64,000 bases of DNA from Eledone cirrhosa (GCA_964016885.1 OZ024753.1:39370001-39434000); one strand, 5' to 3'; shown: positions 29,861 to 46,277, numbered from the stretch's first letter. Notes: generated by a model from the letters alone, not told the origin. Made by a program: numbers and translations.

Positions 29861-30571
29861 CACAACGACGACCACCAACACCAACAATGCTACCATCACT
29901 ACAGCCACCACCACTAACCCCTCGCCCCCAGCATCACCTCCATCACCACCACCAACAACAACAACACGATCACTACCACCACCAACACAAACACCAAATT
30001 ATCATTATGTTGTAGCCGCCATGTTGACTACAAAGCTAGAAAACAAGCATACAAGAACGAATGAATAAAGAAACAAATAAATAAATAGATAAATAAATAA
30101 AGAAACAAACAAACAAACAAATAAATAAATAAGTAAATAAATAAGTAAATAAACTTGTTTAAGAGAATGTAAGAGAGGAGGTCTAAATGAGTTCACACTT
30201 TCTTTATTTTACTCTCCCTTCCTTGGGTCTCTCACTGCAAGATGAAAAAGAAAGAAACAAACAAGGAAAATAGACAGCTTCGTTATGAGAATCATATATA
30301 AAGTATTTTACCCTCTTCAATCTTTCTCCCTCTCTCTGTCTTTCTCTCTTTCTTTCTCTCTCTCTCTCGCTCGCTCTCTCTCTCTGTTTATCCATTCACT
30401 CTTTCTATTTATTTATTTCACTCAGTCTCTTTCGACCGCATGGACTCACATACAAACACTCAGTTACTCTCTCTCACTGTATCTCTTCCTCTCTCTTTCC
30501 TTCTCTATCTCTCCTTCTCTCTCTCTATCTCTGTTATTGTCTCTCTAATTCTCCTCTTCTCTCTCTCTCTC

Positions 30572-30604
<33 letters not shown>

Positions 30605-31069
30605 GTCTTTCTCAGTTGCAATGTGTTTTTCCCTGACGTAATATATCTCTCTTCCTGTCTCCCTATCTTGACATCTCTCTAACTTGACCACTTCTCTCTC
30701 TCTCTCATCTTCCTCTTCTCTCTCTCTCTCTCTCTCTCTCTGTCTCACTCCCTCTCTCTCTCTCGCTCTTTCTGCCTCTCTTTGTATAATATTCACAGAC
30801 ACCCTTCTTTCGTGTATCTCTCTTTCTATTAAACACACACACATGCACTCTCTCTCTCTCACTCTCTCTCACTCTCTCTCTCTCTCTCTCGCTCATTATT
30901 TCTCTCTTTGTCTCTCTCTCTCTCTCCCCACCTCTCACTATCTATATACATATCTCTCTCTATAAATCTCTGCTAGCTTCTATCACCCACCACACACACA
31001 CTATCTCTCTCTATCTATTTCTCTTCACTCTCCTCTCTCTTTCCCCCTTCTCTCTCTCTCTCACACACA

Positions 31070-31124
<55 letters not shown>

Positions 31125-31720
31125 TATAAATCTCTGATAAACTCTCTCCCCTCTCCAGCAACCACACACACACACACACTCACACACACACACTCACAAA
31201 CACACACACGCACGCACACGAAAACAATAACTACAATCCTACCTACCCAGCCCGCCTAACCACCCCTTACAACTAACTACAGCAAGATTCGTTCGTGCTT
31301 ATGAAATCATAAGAAATAATCAGTATGATATCATGGCTTGAAATCACCGTGACCGAACCGACAGTTGTCGTTTACTTATTACTATGCATCCGCACACTTC
31401 ACAAAATATTGGGGGCAGCTTTAATAGTAAAACCAAAACTAAAACAGTTAATAACAGAAAAACGCGAAAGCCAAGGTGTAGCGGATTAGAGACACATAGA
31501 GTTCAGAACCAAACGAATTTTTACTTCTTTCGTGTATTTCTTTCTTTTTTTCATTCTTTCTATCATTCATTTTTCTATATTTCTTTCGTTTACATCATTT
31601 CTATCCTATTTCCTTTTCGTTTCGTTTTTTTTTTTTTCTATTTGGTCTGTTTTTTTTTTTTGTTTTTTGTTTTTTTTTCTTTCTGTTATTTATATATATG
31701 TATATGTATGTGTATATGTA

Positions 31721-31809
<89 letters not shown>

Positions 31810-31879
31810 GTATGTATAAATAAATATATATATATATATGCATATATATATTTACGTATATATATATATATATATTTAC

Positions 31880-31936
<57 letters not shown>

Positions 31937-32010
31937 GTATGTATAAATAAATATATATATATATATGCATATATATATTTACGTATATATATATATATAT
32001 TTACATTATA

Positions 32011-32051
<41 letters not shown>

Positions 32052-32479
32052 GTATATCTATATCTATTATGTTAATGTATATATATATATATATATATAT
32101 ACGTAAAGATATAAAGATATATATATATTCATATATGTATGTATATATGTATGTATATATATATATATATGTGTGTATATATATATACGAATTAAAAGGG
32201 ACAAGGTGCTGTGTGGTTATATGCACATATATTTATTTATATACATATTTATATACATATATATTGTTGGGGTATATATACTATTTATTGTTTTCGTCAT
32301 TATATGAATTTCCTATGGAGTTTTCATTAAGCTCAATTTTGGGCCAGTTATTAATGGCTTCTTTTTCTTTCCTCGTTTGTTTTTATTTTTTATGTGAAGT
32401 TTTTTCCTTGTCATAGGTTTTTTCCTTGTTTTTCATAACTATTTATCAATCAATGGCGCTTTGTATATGAATGTGTGTT

Positions 32480-32510
<31 letters not shown>

Positions 32511-32557
32511 GTGTGTGCGTATGTGTGTGTGTCTGTGCGTTTGTTTCTGTTTGTCGA

Positions 32558-32588
<31 letters not shown>

Positions 32589-32757
32589 GTATATATATGT
32601 ATATATATTTTTCTCTATATCTATCTATCTATCTCTCTCTCTCTATATATATATATATGTGTGTATATATATATTGATATATGTATGTGTATATATATAC
32701 ATATATACATATATATATATATGTATATATCTATGTACATATATATTATATATATAA

Positions 32758-32872
<115 letters not shown>

Positions 32873-33370
32873 GGTCCAACCTGCAAATGGCCAAGCGTAG
32901 TGAATAAGGCTATATACTCTATATGACCAAACCCGAACAGAAGAAAGCAATGAAGGTCAACCAGAAAAAGGTTCCTCCAATCGGAGTAGGAAAACCCTAC
33001 ATTGGGTTGCATTGAACATATTAGGGTCGCATCGGTTACTCGGCCGATAATCGTTGTCGGACATAACTGAAAATTTGCCGATTACTCAGTATCTGGGAGG
33101 GTCTGTGTGTGGATGTACGTATGTGTGTGTACATAAATATGAGTGTGTCTGAAAGAGGAGAATTATTTTTTTACTCTCAGATTATTAATTTTATACGTAA
33201 TCCCAATAAATCTATATATGTAATATATATATAGATCCCGTTAAGGATAAATATATATCCTTAACGGGATCTACTTTTAATAAATATTTGCTCTAAGGTT
33301 CATATATTTTTTATATATATTTATCCTTATCGAGCCCTCTTTGAATTTTAGTCTTTTAATTTATTATTAT

Positions 33371-33427
<57 letters not shown>

Positions 33428-33568
33428 AATATATATATATACATGTTTATGTGTGTGCATGTACGTTCAAATAAACGTATATATGTATATTAGTATATGT
33501 ACATGCATACATACATATATATATAAACCTATATATATTCATAAACATTTATATATATATATAAAGAC

Positions 33569-33778
<210 letters not shown>

Positions 33779-33913
33779 AGTTAATATACCCAAGGGTACT
33801 AAGTACCCCTGGAAATATATAGGTTGTCTATGATTTAAGGTTGTTCTATGGTATTCTATGAATTTTGCTTGTTCTACTTATCTTAATATATATATATATA
33901 TATTTATTTATAT

Positions 33914-34027
<114 letters not shown>

Positions 34028-34334
34028 TTATATGTGAGAATGCGTGTAAATACATATAGACATGTACATGTATATATATGTATAAAGTAAGTTGTTTACC
34101 AGAGGATGTTTCTCTGGTGGTTTATTTCCAAGGGACCCAGTCCTATCATTAAAATGTTCCTAATACCATAAAAGGAATTGAAACCCGGACTTGATAATTG
34201 TGGGTCCAACACCCTAACCCCATGATCAGGTACCCTCACAAAATCCATTGTGATTTGAAGGACATATGGCTGCAGTTTCTAACATATCAAGCCACCACGT
34301 ATAAATACACCTCCCAGGAGACTGTATGAATGTT

Positions 34335-34420
34335 AGTGGGCGGAAGTGTGAGCTTCGGCCACAATCAGAAATGAAACACTCACGTGACGTTTGACAGTGT
34401 TAAGATGGTCACGTGACGTC
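34335..34420. promoter_or_regulatory. Promoter-like motif cluster (GC/ETS box plus two CLEAR-type E-boxes)
   Basis: GGGCGGAAGTG, TCACGTGAC (34380) and GTCACGTGAC (34408) in a CpG-richer patch; no downstream gene identified. Confidence 0.35.
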
Positions 34421-34667
34421 GAGGGAAGACAAGTGGGCATTAAAGAACAATAAACACACACACACACACGCGCACACACACACACACACATACACACACA
34501 CACGCACATGCACGTTAATACTGACACGTACAAAAACATAGATATACAAAGCTCGCATACACACTACGCACGCGCACACGACACTCGCCCACTCATGAAG
34601 ACATTTCTACAAAAACACACATTATTATACAAAGCACTTCTTAGAGGCAACTACTCTTGACACCCAA

Positions 34668-34734
<67 letters not shown>

Positions 34735-34760
34735 CATATATATATATACATATATATACC

Positions 34761-34792
<32 letters not shown>

Positions 34793-34857
34793 CATTTATA
34801 TATATATATATATATATATATGTACATATATATATATGTATATATATGTATATATAT

Positions 34858-34894
<37 letters not shown>

Positions 34895-34923
34895 TATACA
34901 TATATATATGTATATATATATAT

Positions 34924-34974
<51 letters not shown>

Positions 34975-35011
34975 CATATATATATGTATATATATATATT
35001 TATATATATAT

Positions 35012-35056
<45 letters not shown>

Positions 35057-35095
35057 TATATGTATATATATATATTTATATATATATACATACAG

Positions 35096-35139
<44 letters not shown>

Positions 35140-35486
35140 TAGCTTTATAAGATTCCATATTCGCCTCCCTTTCTCAATCTGTATCTCCATCCATCTCTAT
35201 CTTTCTCTCTCTCTCTCTATCTATCTATCTCGATGTCTATGTCAATAGACACGCGTACACACGTGCACTTTGAACGCATGCGCACTTTTACACACAAAGG
35301 ACCATACGCACAAACACCTCAGACTTTCGAGTCACGTGCCCTTATTCCTGTATATGCGGATGCATGTTTGCCTATATGTGTGTACGTTTGTTTATGGGAA
35401 ATATATCAAGCGATGTGTGGGTTTCCATATCACTCCGCAGCCCGTCGTCTGCGGCAGGCTTAGTAATTTCGTAGGATACGAAGATG

Positions 35487-35536
<50 letters not shown>

Positions 35537-35598
35537 CACACACACACCCACCCACACACAATATATAGATAGATAGATATATGTGTGTGTGTGTGTGC

Positions 35599-35660
<62 letters not shown>

Positions 35661-35665
35661 ATATA

Positions 35666-35711
<46 letters not shown>

Positions 35712-36112
35712 GTACATTTATATATTTACATGAATGTATATATGTATATATATTAATTTTTATATATATTAGAGGACAGTGTTTTGCCGAAACATATGTT
35801 GGGAAGGAAATGATTTAATATTATCTCTGGTATTTGTATATATACATATATATATATATATATAGATAGATATATATATATATATATAAACACACACACT
35901 CTCTCACACACATATATATATATCTATATATATAAAGTTTTACATATACATAAATTTATATATGTTACAACCGGTCACTTTTTAGCTCTATGAAGAATTA
36001 ATAAATTAAATACTCAAAGCAATATATTATTATAAATCATGTCTACAGAATTATTAGATAAACAAAATGGAGTATATATTTTGTTTATCTAATAATTCTG
36101 TAGACATAAATT

Positions 36113-36143
<31 letters not shown>

Positions 36144-36303
36144 ATAGAAGTGGTTACACAACAGTTAGTTCACCATACCGTGAACAATTGTTTCACCAAT
36201 TGTTTCCTCAGATAAAAATGGATACTCGTAATGTAACCACTTCTACCTAACTCGTCGGAGCAAATTTTATCACTGTGTTAAAATTTGCTCCGAACAAACT
36301 ACC

Positions 36304-36394
36304 CGTGTCTGAAAGAACCTGCAGCCGTAGAATCAGCCAGATCCATACAGTGATCATGTCTCGAGCTACCTGCCGGCGAAACAATTGTAACACG
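36304..36394 (+). ncRNA. Type I hammerhead ribozyme with extended stem II
   Basis: CGTGT-CTGAAAGA (one extra A)-CCTGCAG..CTGCCGG-GAAAC-AATT-GTA-ACACG; homologue of 2127-2217. Confidence 0.6.
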
Positions 36395-36442
36395 CAATAA
36401 ACTGAGTCCAGATGCATCACTGATGTTTCGTTTTCTTTATAC

Positions 36443-36500
<58 letters not shown>

Positions 36501-36503
<3 letters not shown>

Positions 36504-36849
36504 GATATTAACAAATGGAAACTATATTTAGAAAACCATATTTATTTCATTATACATATTTCAAGGACACCAAGTTAAGTTATGGTGAGCTTCCAACAGT
36601 AATGGTTGCATTTTTTAAGGGTATGTCAATATTTATTTATAAAACTGATCTATATTATATTTTGTCTGATGAAAGCACACCATAATTTAACTTGGTATCC
36701 TTGAAATATGTATAATGAAATAAATATGGTTTTATAAATATAGTTTCCATTTGTTAATATCGTATGTTTACTCCAAATACTTGTTGAGTGCTTTATATCA
36801 GTTATAAAAATATTTGCTTGTTGTATCCCAACAATTTAAATAGAACATT

Positions 36850-36853
<4 letters not shown>
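36501..36853 (+). mobile_element. Family C PLE-like fragment with inverted 5' arm (36501-36590), in (TA)n
   Basis: The arm is the reverse complement of 36678-36764; a unique tail follows. Confidence 0.8.
36660..36720 (+). ncRNA. Type I hammerhead ribozyme
   Basis: TTTTGT-CTGATGA-AAGCACACCA..TGGTATCCTT-GAAA-TATGTA-TA-ATGAAA. Confidence 0.7.
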
Positions 36854-36895
<42 letters not shown>

Positions 36896-36994
36896 GGAGG
36901 TGAGTTTTATTGTAGTACAATAAAGCAATACAGATGTTGATTTAAAACTGAACTATCCACAAGTGTTTTTTAACCTTCATATCATGTCTTCCTG

Positions 36995-37061
36995 TTTTAT
37001 CTGATGAAAACACAAATATTATTGCATGATGATATTTGTTTTTGAAATGCGCATAATAAAA
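36995..37061 (+). ncRNA. Type I hammerhead ribozyme
   Basis: TTTTAT-CTGATGA-AAACACAAATATTATT..GATGATATTTGTTTTT-GAAA-TGCGCA-TA-ATAAAA; palindromic ATGCGCAT. Confidence 0.82.
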
Positions 37062-37110
37062 TACATGGAACTCTTTTAACCATCTTTTGTTCTTATATAT
37101 TATATATATA

Positions 37111-37262
<152 letters not shown>

Positions 37263-37885
37263 AGTGTGTGAGTGAATGTATAAACAAACGAATGAAAAGA
37301 ATGTTTGCAACACTCAAAGTAATGTAATATAATGGGTTAAATGTTGAAACTGTTTAAATACTTAATCCTAGTTTCTCGTTGCCGAACTTCGAGCGAGTAA
37401 AACAGATGGAGTATTTAAGTCTTTATATAATAATCTATCAGCAAGGGAGTGAGTGAGAGAGAGAGGGGGAGAGACACAGAGAGAGAGATGTGTGTCTGTG
37501 TGTGTATGTGTGTGTGTATAAAACCTCATCATGTCTGATCACATAGGCTTCCTGTATGTTTAATATTCCTTGCTTTTGCTATATCATTTCGTTTCTCTCC
37601 TTCTCTCTCTCTCCCTCACTCTCTCACTCTCTCTCTCTCTCTCTATGTCTCTCTCTCTCTGTCTCTCTCTCTCTCTCATTTTCAATCTATCTTTCTCCCT
37701 TCCCACCTATTTGTATCTCACTCTCTCCGTTTTTACTCATCTTTTGCTCATCTATTTTTTATCTATTTTGTTTAATCTGTTAAGCTCAATTTAGCATTCT
37801 CTCTTTACTTACTTTTTACTTTACGAGGTCTATATATATGCGTGTGGTGTACGTAACTATATATAGATAGATAGATACACATATG

Positions 37886-38116
<231 letters not shown>

Positions 38117-38727
38117 ACAGACACATACATCCATTCGTTTATTCTAAGAGCGCAAATCTCTTGTTAATGCTATTTTTAGACTGTGTAATATTCTTTTCTT
38201 TCCTGTTGCCTCGACTGCAACCATTTCGTTGTTGTTGATGTTGTTGTTGATGTTGTAGTCAGTTTTATTATTATTATTATTGTTGTTGTTGTTATTGACA
38301 TTGTTGTTGCTGATGACGTAAATAACCACTAGAAACTACATAAATAAATGAGAGAAGTATTAGAGAGTATAATGAAAGCTGACAGTTTCTAGATAATACA
38401 ATACTTCCAAACATCGCCAATATGGACATGAGTTTTAGTGTGTAAGATATGCCCCTTGCTGTGTGTGTGTTTGTGTGTATTTGTGTGTGTATATGTATGT
38501 GTGCATGTCGGTGTGTGTCTGTGTTTGTGTGTTTATATATATATATCCAAAGGTTCGTTTGAGTATGATGGCATATCATAGTAAAATATATATCAGTAAT
38601 TCACTGGGGTCAAAGAATCGAAGAATTCGCCAGATCAATAATATGCTTGTTCAATTGCAAAGAAGCAGGATAATTTACAAGCGATAAAAATAGCAATGTA
38701 TGTTTAAAGAAGGGTATATATATATAA

Positions 38728-38759
<32 letters not shown>

Positions 38760-38766
38760 GTATATA

Positions 38767-39200
<434 letters not shown>

Positions 39201-39245
39201 GAGTATATAAATATATATATATATATATTATATATATATATATAT

Positions 39246-39276
<31 letters not shown>

Positions 39277-39301
39277 AGAGAGATATACATATATATATAT
39301 G

Positions 39302-39337
<36 letters not shown>

Positions 39338-39354
39338 TACATATATATGTATAC

Positions 39355-39413
<59 letters not shown>

Positions 39414-39417
39414 CATA

Positions 39418-39537
<120 letters not shown>

Positions 39538-39752
39538 CATACATATACAACACATCTCTATGTGTCGTCTGCAACATCGATCTAGTTTAGTCATGTGACT
39601 ATATAGCATGCGTCTTTCAGTTTCTTATCAATGAGGCCTGTCAGAAAGGTCAAAAATTTAATGAGATTTTTCCAGGCAAAAATGATACCTTGTGACAAAT
39701 GTCTGAAAATATAGCATGTCAAATATGCGAACTTGGACAATAGACTGTAGAA

Positions 39753-39783
<31 letters not shown>

Positions 39784-40237
39784 TGTATGTATGTATGTAT
39801 GTATGTATGTATGTATGTATGTATGTATGTATGTATGTATGTATGTATGTATGTATGTATTTTTGAATGTATGTATTGGGTTGTTTCTAATAGCGGCGGG
39901 AATTTACGTTACAACCCAATGTGTATGTATGTATGTATGTATGTATGTATGTATGTATGTATGTATGTATGTATGTATGTATGTTTGTGTGTATGCATCC
40001 GCATATATATATATTATATATCTATGTGTGTTGGAGAGGCTGTTTGTTTGTGTGTGTTTATAGGCATATATATATATGTATATATGTATATATATATATA
40101 TATATATATTATTTTTGAATTGAGTTTGAATTATTTTCCCACATCTTACGTTAACTATTTTTTCATTTTGACGCTATAGTCACTTAAATATTATGGAATA
40201 CTGTTGGCTTCTTGCTACAATAATTTCTATACTTTTC

Positions 40238-40276
<39 letters not shown>

Positions 40277-40285
<9 letters not shown>

Positions 40286-40408
40286 ATACTTTGGGAGGGT
40301 CATGTTGCCAAAATTATTGGCAACATGACCCTCCCAAAGTATAACAATATCGGTTTCAACACACGATTTCAGATAAAGAATCTTGCTAAACAAATTCAGA
40401 AACGAAAT
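40277..40408 (+). mobile_element. TA-flanked element with perfect 5' fold-back
   Basis: ATATTGTTATACTTTGGGAGGGTCATGTTGCCAA-loop-TTGGCAACATGACCCTCCCAAAGTATAACAATAT plus a tail. Confidence 0.65.
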
Positions 40409-40426
40409 ATATATATATATATATAT

Positions 40427-40517
<91 letters not shown>

Positions 40518-40541
40518 CCGATAATACTTCTTGTTGTTTTA

Positions 40542-40586
40542 ATTGCCCTGATGAGTCCTTAATAGGACGAAACATTGTCGGCTAAT
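40542..40586 (+). ncRNA. Minimal type I hammerhead ribozyme
   Basis: GCC-CTGATGA-GTCCT-TAAT-AGGAC-GAAAC-ATT-GTC-GGC; canonical core and GUC triplet; TA-flanked island 40514-40632. Confidence 0.88.
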
Positions 40587-40839
40587 AAAGACTTTTGATG
40601 TATTGAAGGCTTCTTTGTTTTACTTTCTTAATATATATATATATATACATGTGTGTAAAAAATAAATAGAAATAACAACACAATTGGTACAGTATATGGA
40701 AGGGAAATACGTATTAGGTTAACGCTTGATATAGCAATATATACTATATATAGGTTCACGATGTTGGGGTGTCATCACAGTTACAAATGTTCCTCAAACA
40801 CATTGACAGATTATAAGCTTCTTTAATATATATATATAG

Positions 40840-40900
40840 AAATGATTTCTCTTTCATTAGAACTATTTCATTCAAAACAAATCATCAGGATCATTATTTC
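40840..40900 (-). ncRNA. Decayed family-B-like hammerhead
   Basis: ATGATC-CTGATGA-TTTGTTTTGAAT-GAAATAGTTCTA; the stem III and cleavage region is degenerate. Confidence 0.35.
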
Positions 40901-41431
40901 CTTACAGGATCAATAAAATAAAGTACCAGTAATGCACACTGGTACTTTAATCGCCGTTCCACTCATCAAAAATCGTTGGCGTTGTACCGAAGTGGATTAG
41001 ATATTTGAATTGATTTTAAAGAAATTTTAAATGCAATAAATTAAGAAATTACTTACAAGTGTGTAACGAAAGAGAAAACCAATTTCTCTTTTAAAGTTTA
41101 TTGCCTTAATAGAGTTTTTTCAATAAATCATCCTCTAAAATTATTTTTCAAACCGGAGAAATTGTAGCGTTGTTTCATGGCTGAGAACTGGGGAAAGGGA
41201 TGAAACTTCTAGAATTAACCGTTTGAATTAACCCAGGGCTAAAATAACAGGCCCAAGCTTCTGGCGATTTCTACCCGTGGTGTCTTTACAATAATGCCTG
41301 TTTCTTTACCATTTCCATTTCCGGAGTTCGGCAGTGAGACTACACTGGTGTGAAAAACAATCTTAGTTACTGATTTATTGAAGAGATTTCTTAAGACAGT
41401 CAATTTTGAATAAAAACCATGTTTTATGATT

Positions 41432-41516
<85 letters not shown>

Positions 41517-41550
41517 TATATATATGTCTACATATATATATATATATGTA

Positions 41551-41610
<60 letters not shown>

Positions 41611-41649
41611 TATATATAGACATATATATAGACATATATATATATACAT

Positions 41650-41696
<47 letters not shown>

Positions 41697-41736
41697 TACA
41701 TATATATATATATACATGTAGACATATATATAGACA

Positions 41737-41808
<72 letters not shown>

Positions 41809-41832
41809 TATATATATGTCTATATATATGTC

Positions 41833-41926
<94 letters not shown>

Positions 41927-41938
41927 GACATATATATA

Positions 41939-42026
<88 letters not shown>

Positions 42027-42212
42027 ATTGTTTCTACTTTTGGCACAAGGCCAGCAATTATTCCAGTGCATTACTGGTACTTTATTTTATCGACCCCGTA
42101 AGGATGAAAGGCAAAGTTAACCTCGGCGGGATTTGAACTCAGATCATAAAGGGAGGTAACTCTATGCTTCAAAGCATGGCGTCCGACCCTTACCGATACT
42201 GCCAATCCACCG
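42027..42212 (-). mobile_element. Octopus-type SINE, short subfamily
   Basis: Same sequence family as 27366 and 55099. Confidence 0.85.
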
Positions 42213-42524
42213 CATATATAATGATACGTCAATACTGCTTTGTCAGGATATCTTGACAGGCAGAGTGTCGCATTTGAGATGCGACCCCCCCCCCCCCAAC
42301 CCCCACCACCACTTTTTTTTCCACTCACACCGACATTACTTTTCCCGCCAGCAGCGGGCATGACTGCGCAACCAATTGAGGATTTTTTTCTCCAACATCC
42401 TAACCCACATTAAACCCAGTTTGTAAATAGACATATCCATACCACACCAGCACCCGGCGCACACGTCCACTCACCACATACTGCGCACTACATATATTCA
42501 AACGCACACTAACAAAGATACATA

Positions 42525-43370
42525 TAGACATTCACACACACACACACACACACACAGATACGTACACGTACTCAAACACATACAGATACATACACGCACT
42601 CACACAGATATATACACACGCACTCACACACATACACACATAAGACATTCACAGACACACACACACACACACACAAACATACAGACATTCACACACACAC
42701 ACACGCATACACAGACATTCACACGCACACACACACACATACAGACATTCACACCCACACACGCATATACAGACATTCACACACACACACACACACACAT
42801 ATACAGACATTCACACACACACACACACACACACACATACAGACATTCACACACACACACGCATACACAGACACACACACACACACACACACAAACATAC
42901 AGACAGTCACACACACACACGCATACACAGACATTCACACGCACACACACACACATACAGACATTCACACCCACACACGCATATACAGACATTCACACAC
43001 ACACACACACACACATATACAGACATTCACACACACACACACACACACAGATACATACGTGCACTCGTACATGCGCATAGTTATATGCACGCACTCAAAC
43101 ACACACACATACACACACAGATACATGCACGCTCACACTCACACACACACACATACACACAGATACATACGTGCACTCGTACATGCGCATAGTTATATGC
43201 ACGCACTCAAACACACACACATACACACACAGATACATGCACGCACATACTCACACCACACACACATACACACAGATACAGACATTCAGACACACACACA
43301 CACACAGATACATGCACGCACACACTCACACACACACACATACAGACATTCACACACACACACACACCAT
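42525..43370. repeat. CA-rich minisatellite (ACAGACATTC-(AC)n units; 112-bp duplication in the distal part)
   Basis: Direct inspection. Confidence 0.8.
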
Positions 43371-43626
43371 CTAACCGCAAACGGTGCCATTTTTGTTTTA
43401 TTTATTCATTTTTGTTTTATTTATTTCATTTCCTTCCATCACCTTCCGTGTTATTCTTCTCGCTAGTTCTCACAGTTTTAGCGATAATGTCGTATTTGTT
43501 GCTGCTGATGTCTTTGTTGACGTTCAGGTTGTCTTTATTGTTATTGTTGTTGTTGTTGTTTTTCTTCTTCTTCTTCTTCTTCTTCTTCTTCTTCTTCTTC
43601 TTCTTCTTCTTCTTCTTCTTCTTCTT

Positions 43627-43657
<31 letters not shown>

Positions 43658-44562
43658 TTGGTGTGATTATTATTGTTCTCTCTGTTGATGTGTTTGTAAT
43701 TATTTTATAACTTTTTGTATTGTTTTTCTTCGTGCAGTTTTGGATGATGTTGTTGTTGTTGTTGTTATTGTTGTTATTTTTGTTGATTTTGCTATTATTT
43801 TAAATTCTTTTTGTTAGTTTTGTTGTTGTTTTCTTTTTCTTCTTTTATTTATGATTATATTTTATGGATATTCATGTGATTGTTGTCACAGTTGTTGTTG
43901 TTGTTGTTGATGTTGTTGGTGTGTTTGATGCTGTTGTAATAATTGTAGATATTACTGTTGTTATTGTTGTTGTTGTCATTGTTGTTGTTCTATTGCTTGT
44001 ATTGTGCATATTACTATTGTTGTTGTTGTTATACTATTGCTTCTATTGTTCTTCTTACTGTTGTCGTTGTTGTTGTCGTTCTATTGTTTGTATTATTATT
44101 GTTGATCACTATTGTTATCTAATGATATGATGTGATTGTTGTTACTGTTTTTAATTACATGCTTGCTATGCCAATGTTGGTCATATAGTTTGTTGTTATT
44201 AAACAAACTGTCCTCACTTTTCTGATTTTTATATTATGTGATTGGTTAGCAAAAGCCATTCGGTGTTGGGTCTTCTATTTATACGTTCTGGACTCGTGGT
44301 TCGTGCTTTCAAAAACATCTGAAGTTTATTATTATTTATTATTTTGTTGTTGTTGTTGCTGATACTGAAGTTGTTGTTACTGATGGTGTAATTGCTGTTG
44401 TCGTTGTTGTTGCTTTTGCTGTTGTTGTTTTTGCTGTAGTTGTTGCTGTTGCTGTTGACGTCGTTGTTGTTGTAATTGTTGTTGTTGCTGTTGACGTCGT
44501 TGTTGTTGTAGTTGTTGTTGCTGTTTCTGTTGTTGTTGCTGATGTTGTACTTGCTGTAGTAA

Positions 44563-44596
<34 letters not shown>

Positions 44597-44701
44597 TGTT
44601 GTGGTTTTATTTGTTGTTGCTGCAGTTGTTGTTGATGATGCTGTACTTGCTGTGGTTGTTGACGTTGTTGTTCTTGTAGTCGATGTTGTTCTTGTAGTCG
44701 A

Positions 44702-44749
<48 letters not shown>

Positions 44750-45296
44750 AGCCATCCGCCATCATGTCTCAATCTCCTATTAGCCTTATCTCCGTTTTTC
44801 ACTACTTTCCTCCATCGAAGTTTTATTTCATGTTTTCGAGCTCATTAGTTCTTCTTCTTCTTCTTCTTCTTCTTCTTCTTCTTCTTCTTCTTCTTCTTCT
44901 TCTTCTTCTTCTTCTTCTTCTTCTTCTTCTCCTCTCAACATTTCCCCTCCACCATCATTCTTGTTCGTCTATATTTTTCTCATACAATTTTTTTCGTCTC
45001 GACACTCCTTTTTTTTCCAAACAGTCTGTTACATTATACATTCAACATGCACCCACTCGGCACATACACACACATGGCACACACACACACGAGACAGACA
45101 CACACACACACGCTCTCTCTATCTCTATCTCCCTCTCTCTCACACACACACACTGAGTACCGACTTCACTTTACTACCTGTTTAACACATCAAATTTCCT
45201 TTTCACATTTGTATATATATATATATATGTGTGTGTGTATATATATATATGTATGTATATATATATGTATATATATATATACACACACACACACAC

Positions 45297-45328
<32 letters not shown>

Positions 45329-45864
45329 ATGTATATATATATATACACACATACACTCACAGACACACATATATATATATGCCGTTTCCATTTTGATTTA
45401 AGCCACCACACCCACTCAAACATATACAAACACATACACAAACACAAATTCAAAAACGCATACATAACCACACAAACGCACAAACAGGAAAGACTAACAG
45501 AACGAACTGAAGAGAATGGAACAGCAGAAGGCATTAATCTAAAATTTCTCCCACGAAATTACTGTCCTATTTCTCTTACCATTTCACTACGGAATCATAA
45601 AAGTTGAAATCATTAAGATTTTTTTTCCTCTATATTTTCTTTTACTGAGAATGTTTCCAAAATCATCATGTCACCAGGACACGGCGTGACAAATTCAACA
45701 TGGCCAGGATTACATATTAACAAACATCAACGAAGAATTATTTTCTATTCCACGATGTCTGTTATTTCTGATTGCTATTGTTATCATTATATTTCCATTT
45801 AGATTTTTAGATTTTTCATTTTAATATATCTTTTCCTAAAAAATGTTCGTAGAAGCCCGTGTTC

Positions 45865-45936
<72 letters not shown>

Positions 45937-45939
<3 letters not shown>

Positions 45940-46040
45940 CTCGGTATGGTGAACTAACTGTTGTGTTACTACTTCTACCAAACTCGTCCCATGGACTGAG
46001 TGCTCTACAACTACGGATATTACGTTCCAGTCTTCTACCC
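45937..46040 (+). mobile_element. Family D short repeat between (TA)n and (TC)n
   Basis: Homologous to 1846-1938 (inverted) and 36145-36260. Confidence 0.6.
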
Positions 46041-46075
46041 CCCCTCTCTCTCTGTCACACACACACACTCTCTCA

Positions 46076-46134
<59 letters not shown>

Positions 46135-46235
46135 CACAAACAAAGAAAAAAAACACACACAACCACGAGTGAACAATACGAAAAATAATTAAAAGTATTG
46201 CTATGAGAATCACACATGTATGGAATGCGATATAC

Positions 46236-46277
<42 letters not shown>

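Noticed and set aside
44339-44802. Poly-Q and poly-T ORFs
   Set aside because: Degenerate (GTT)n repeat; no supporting exon structure.
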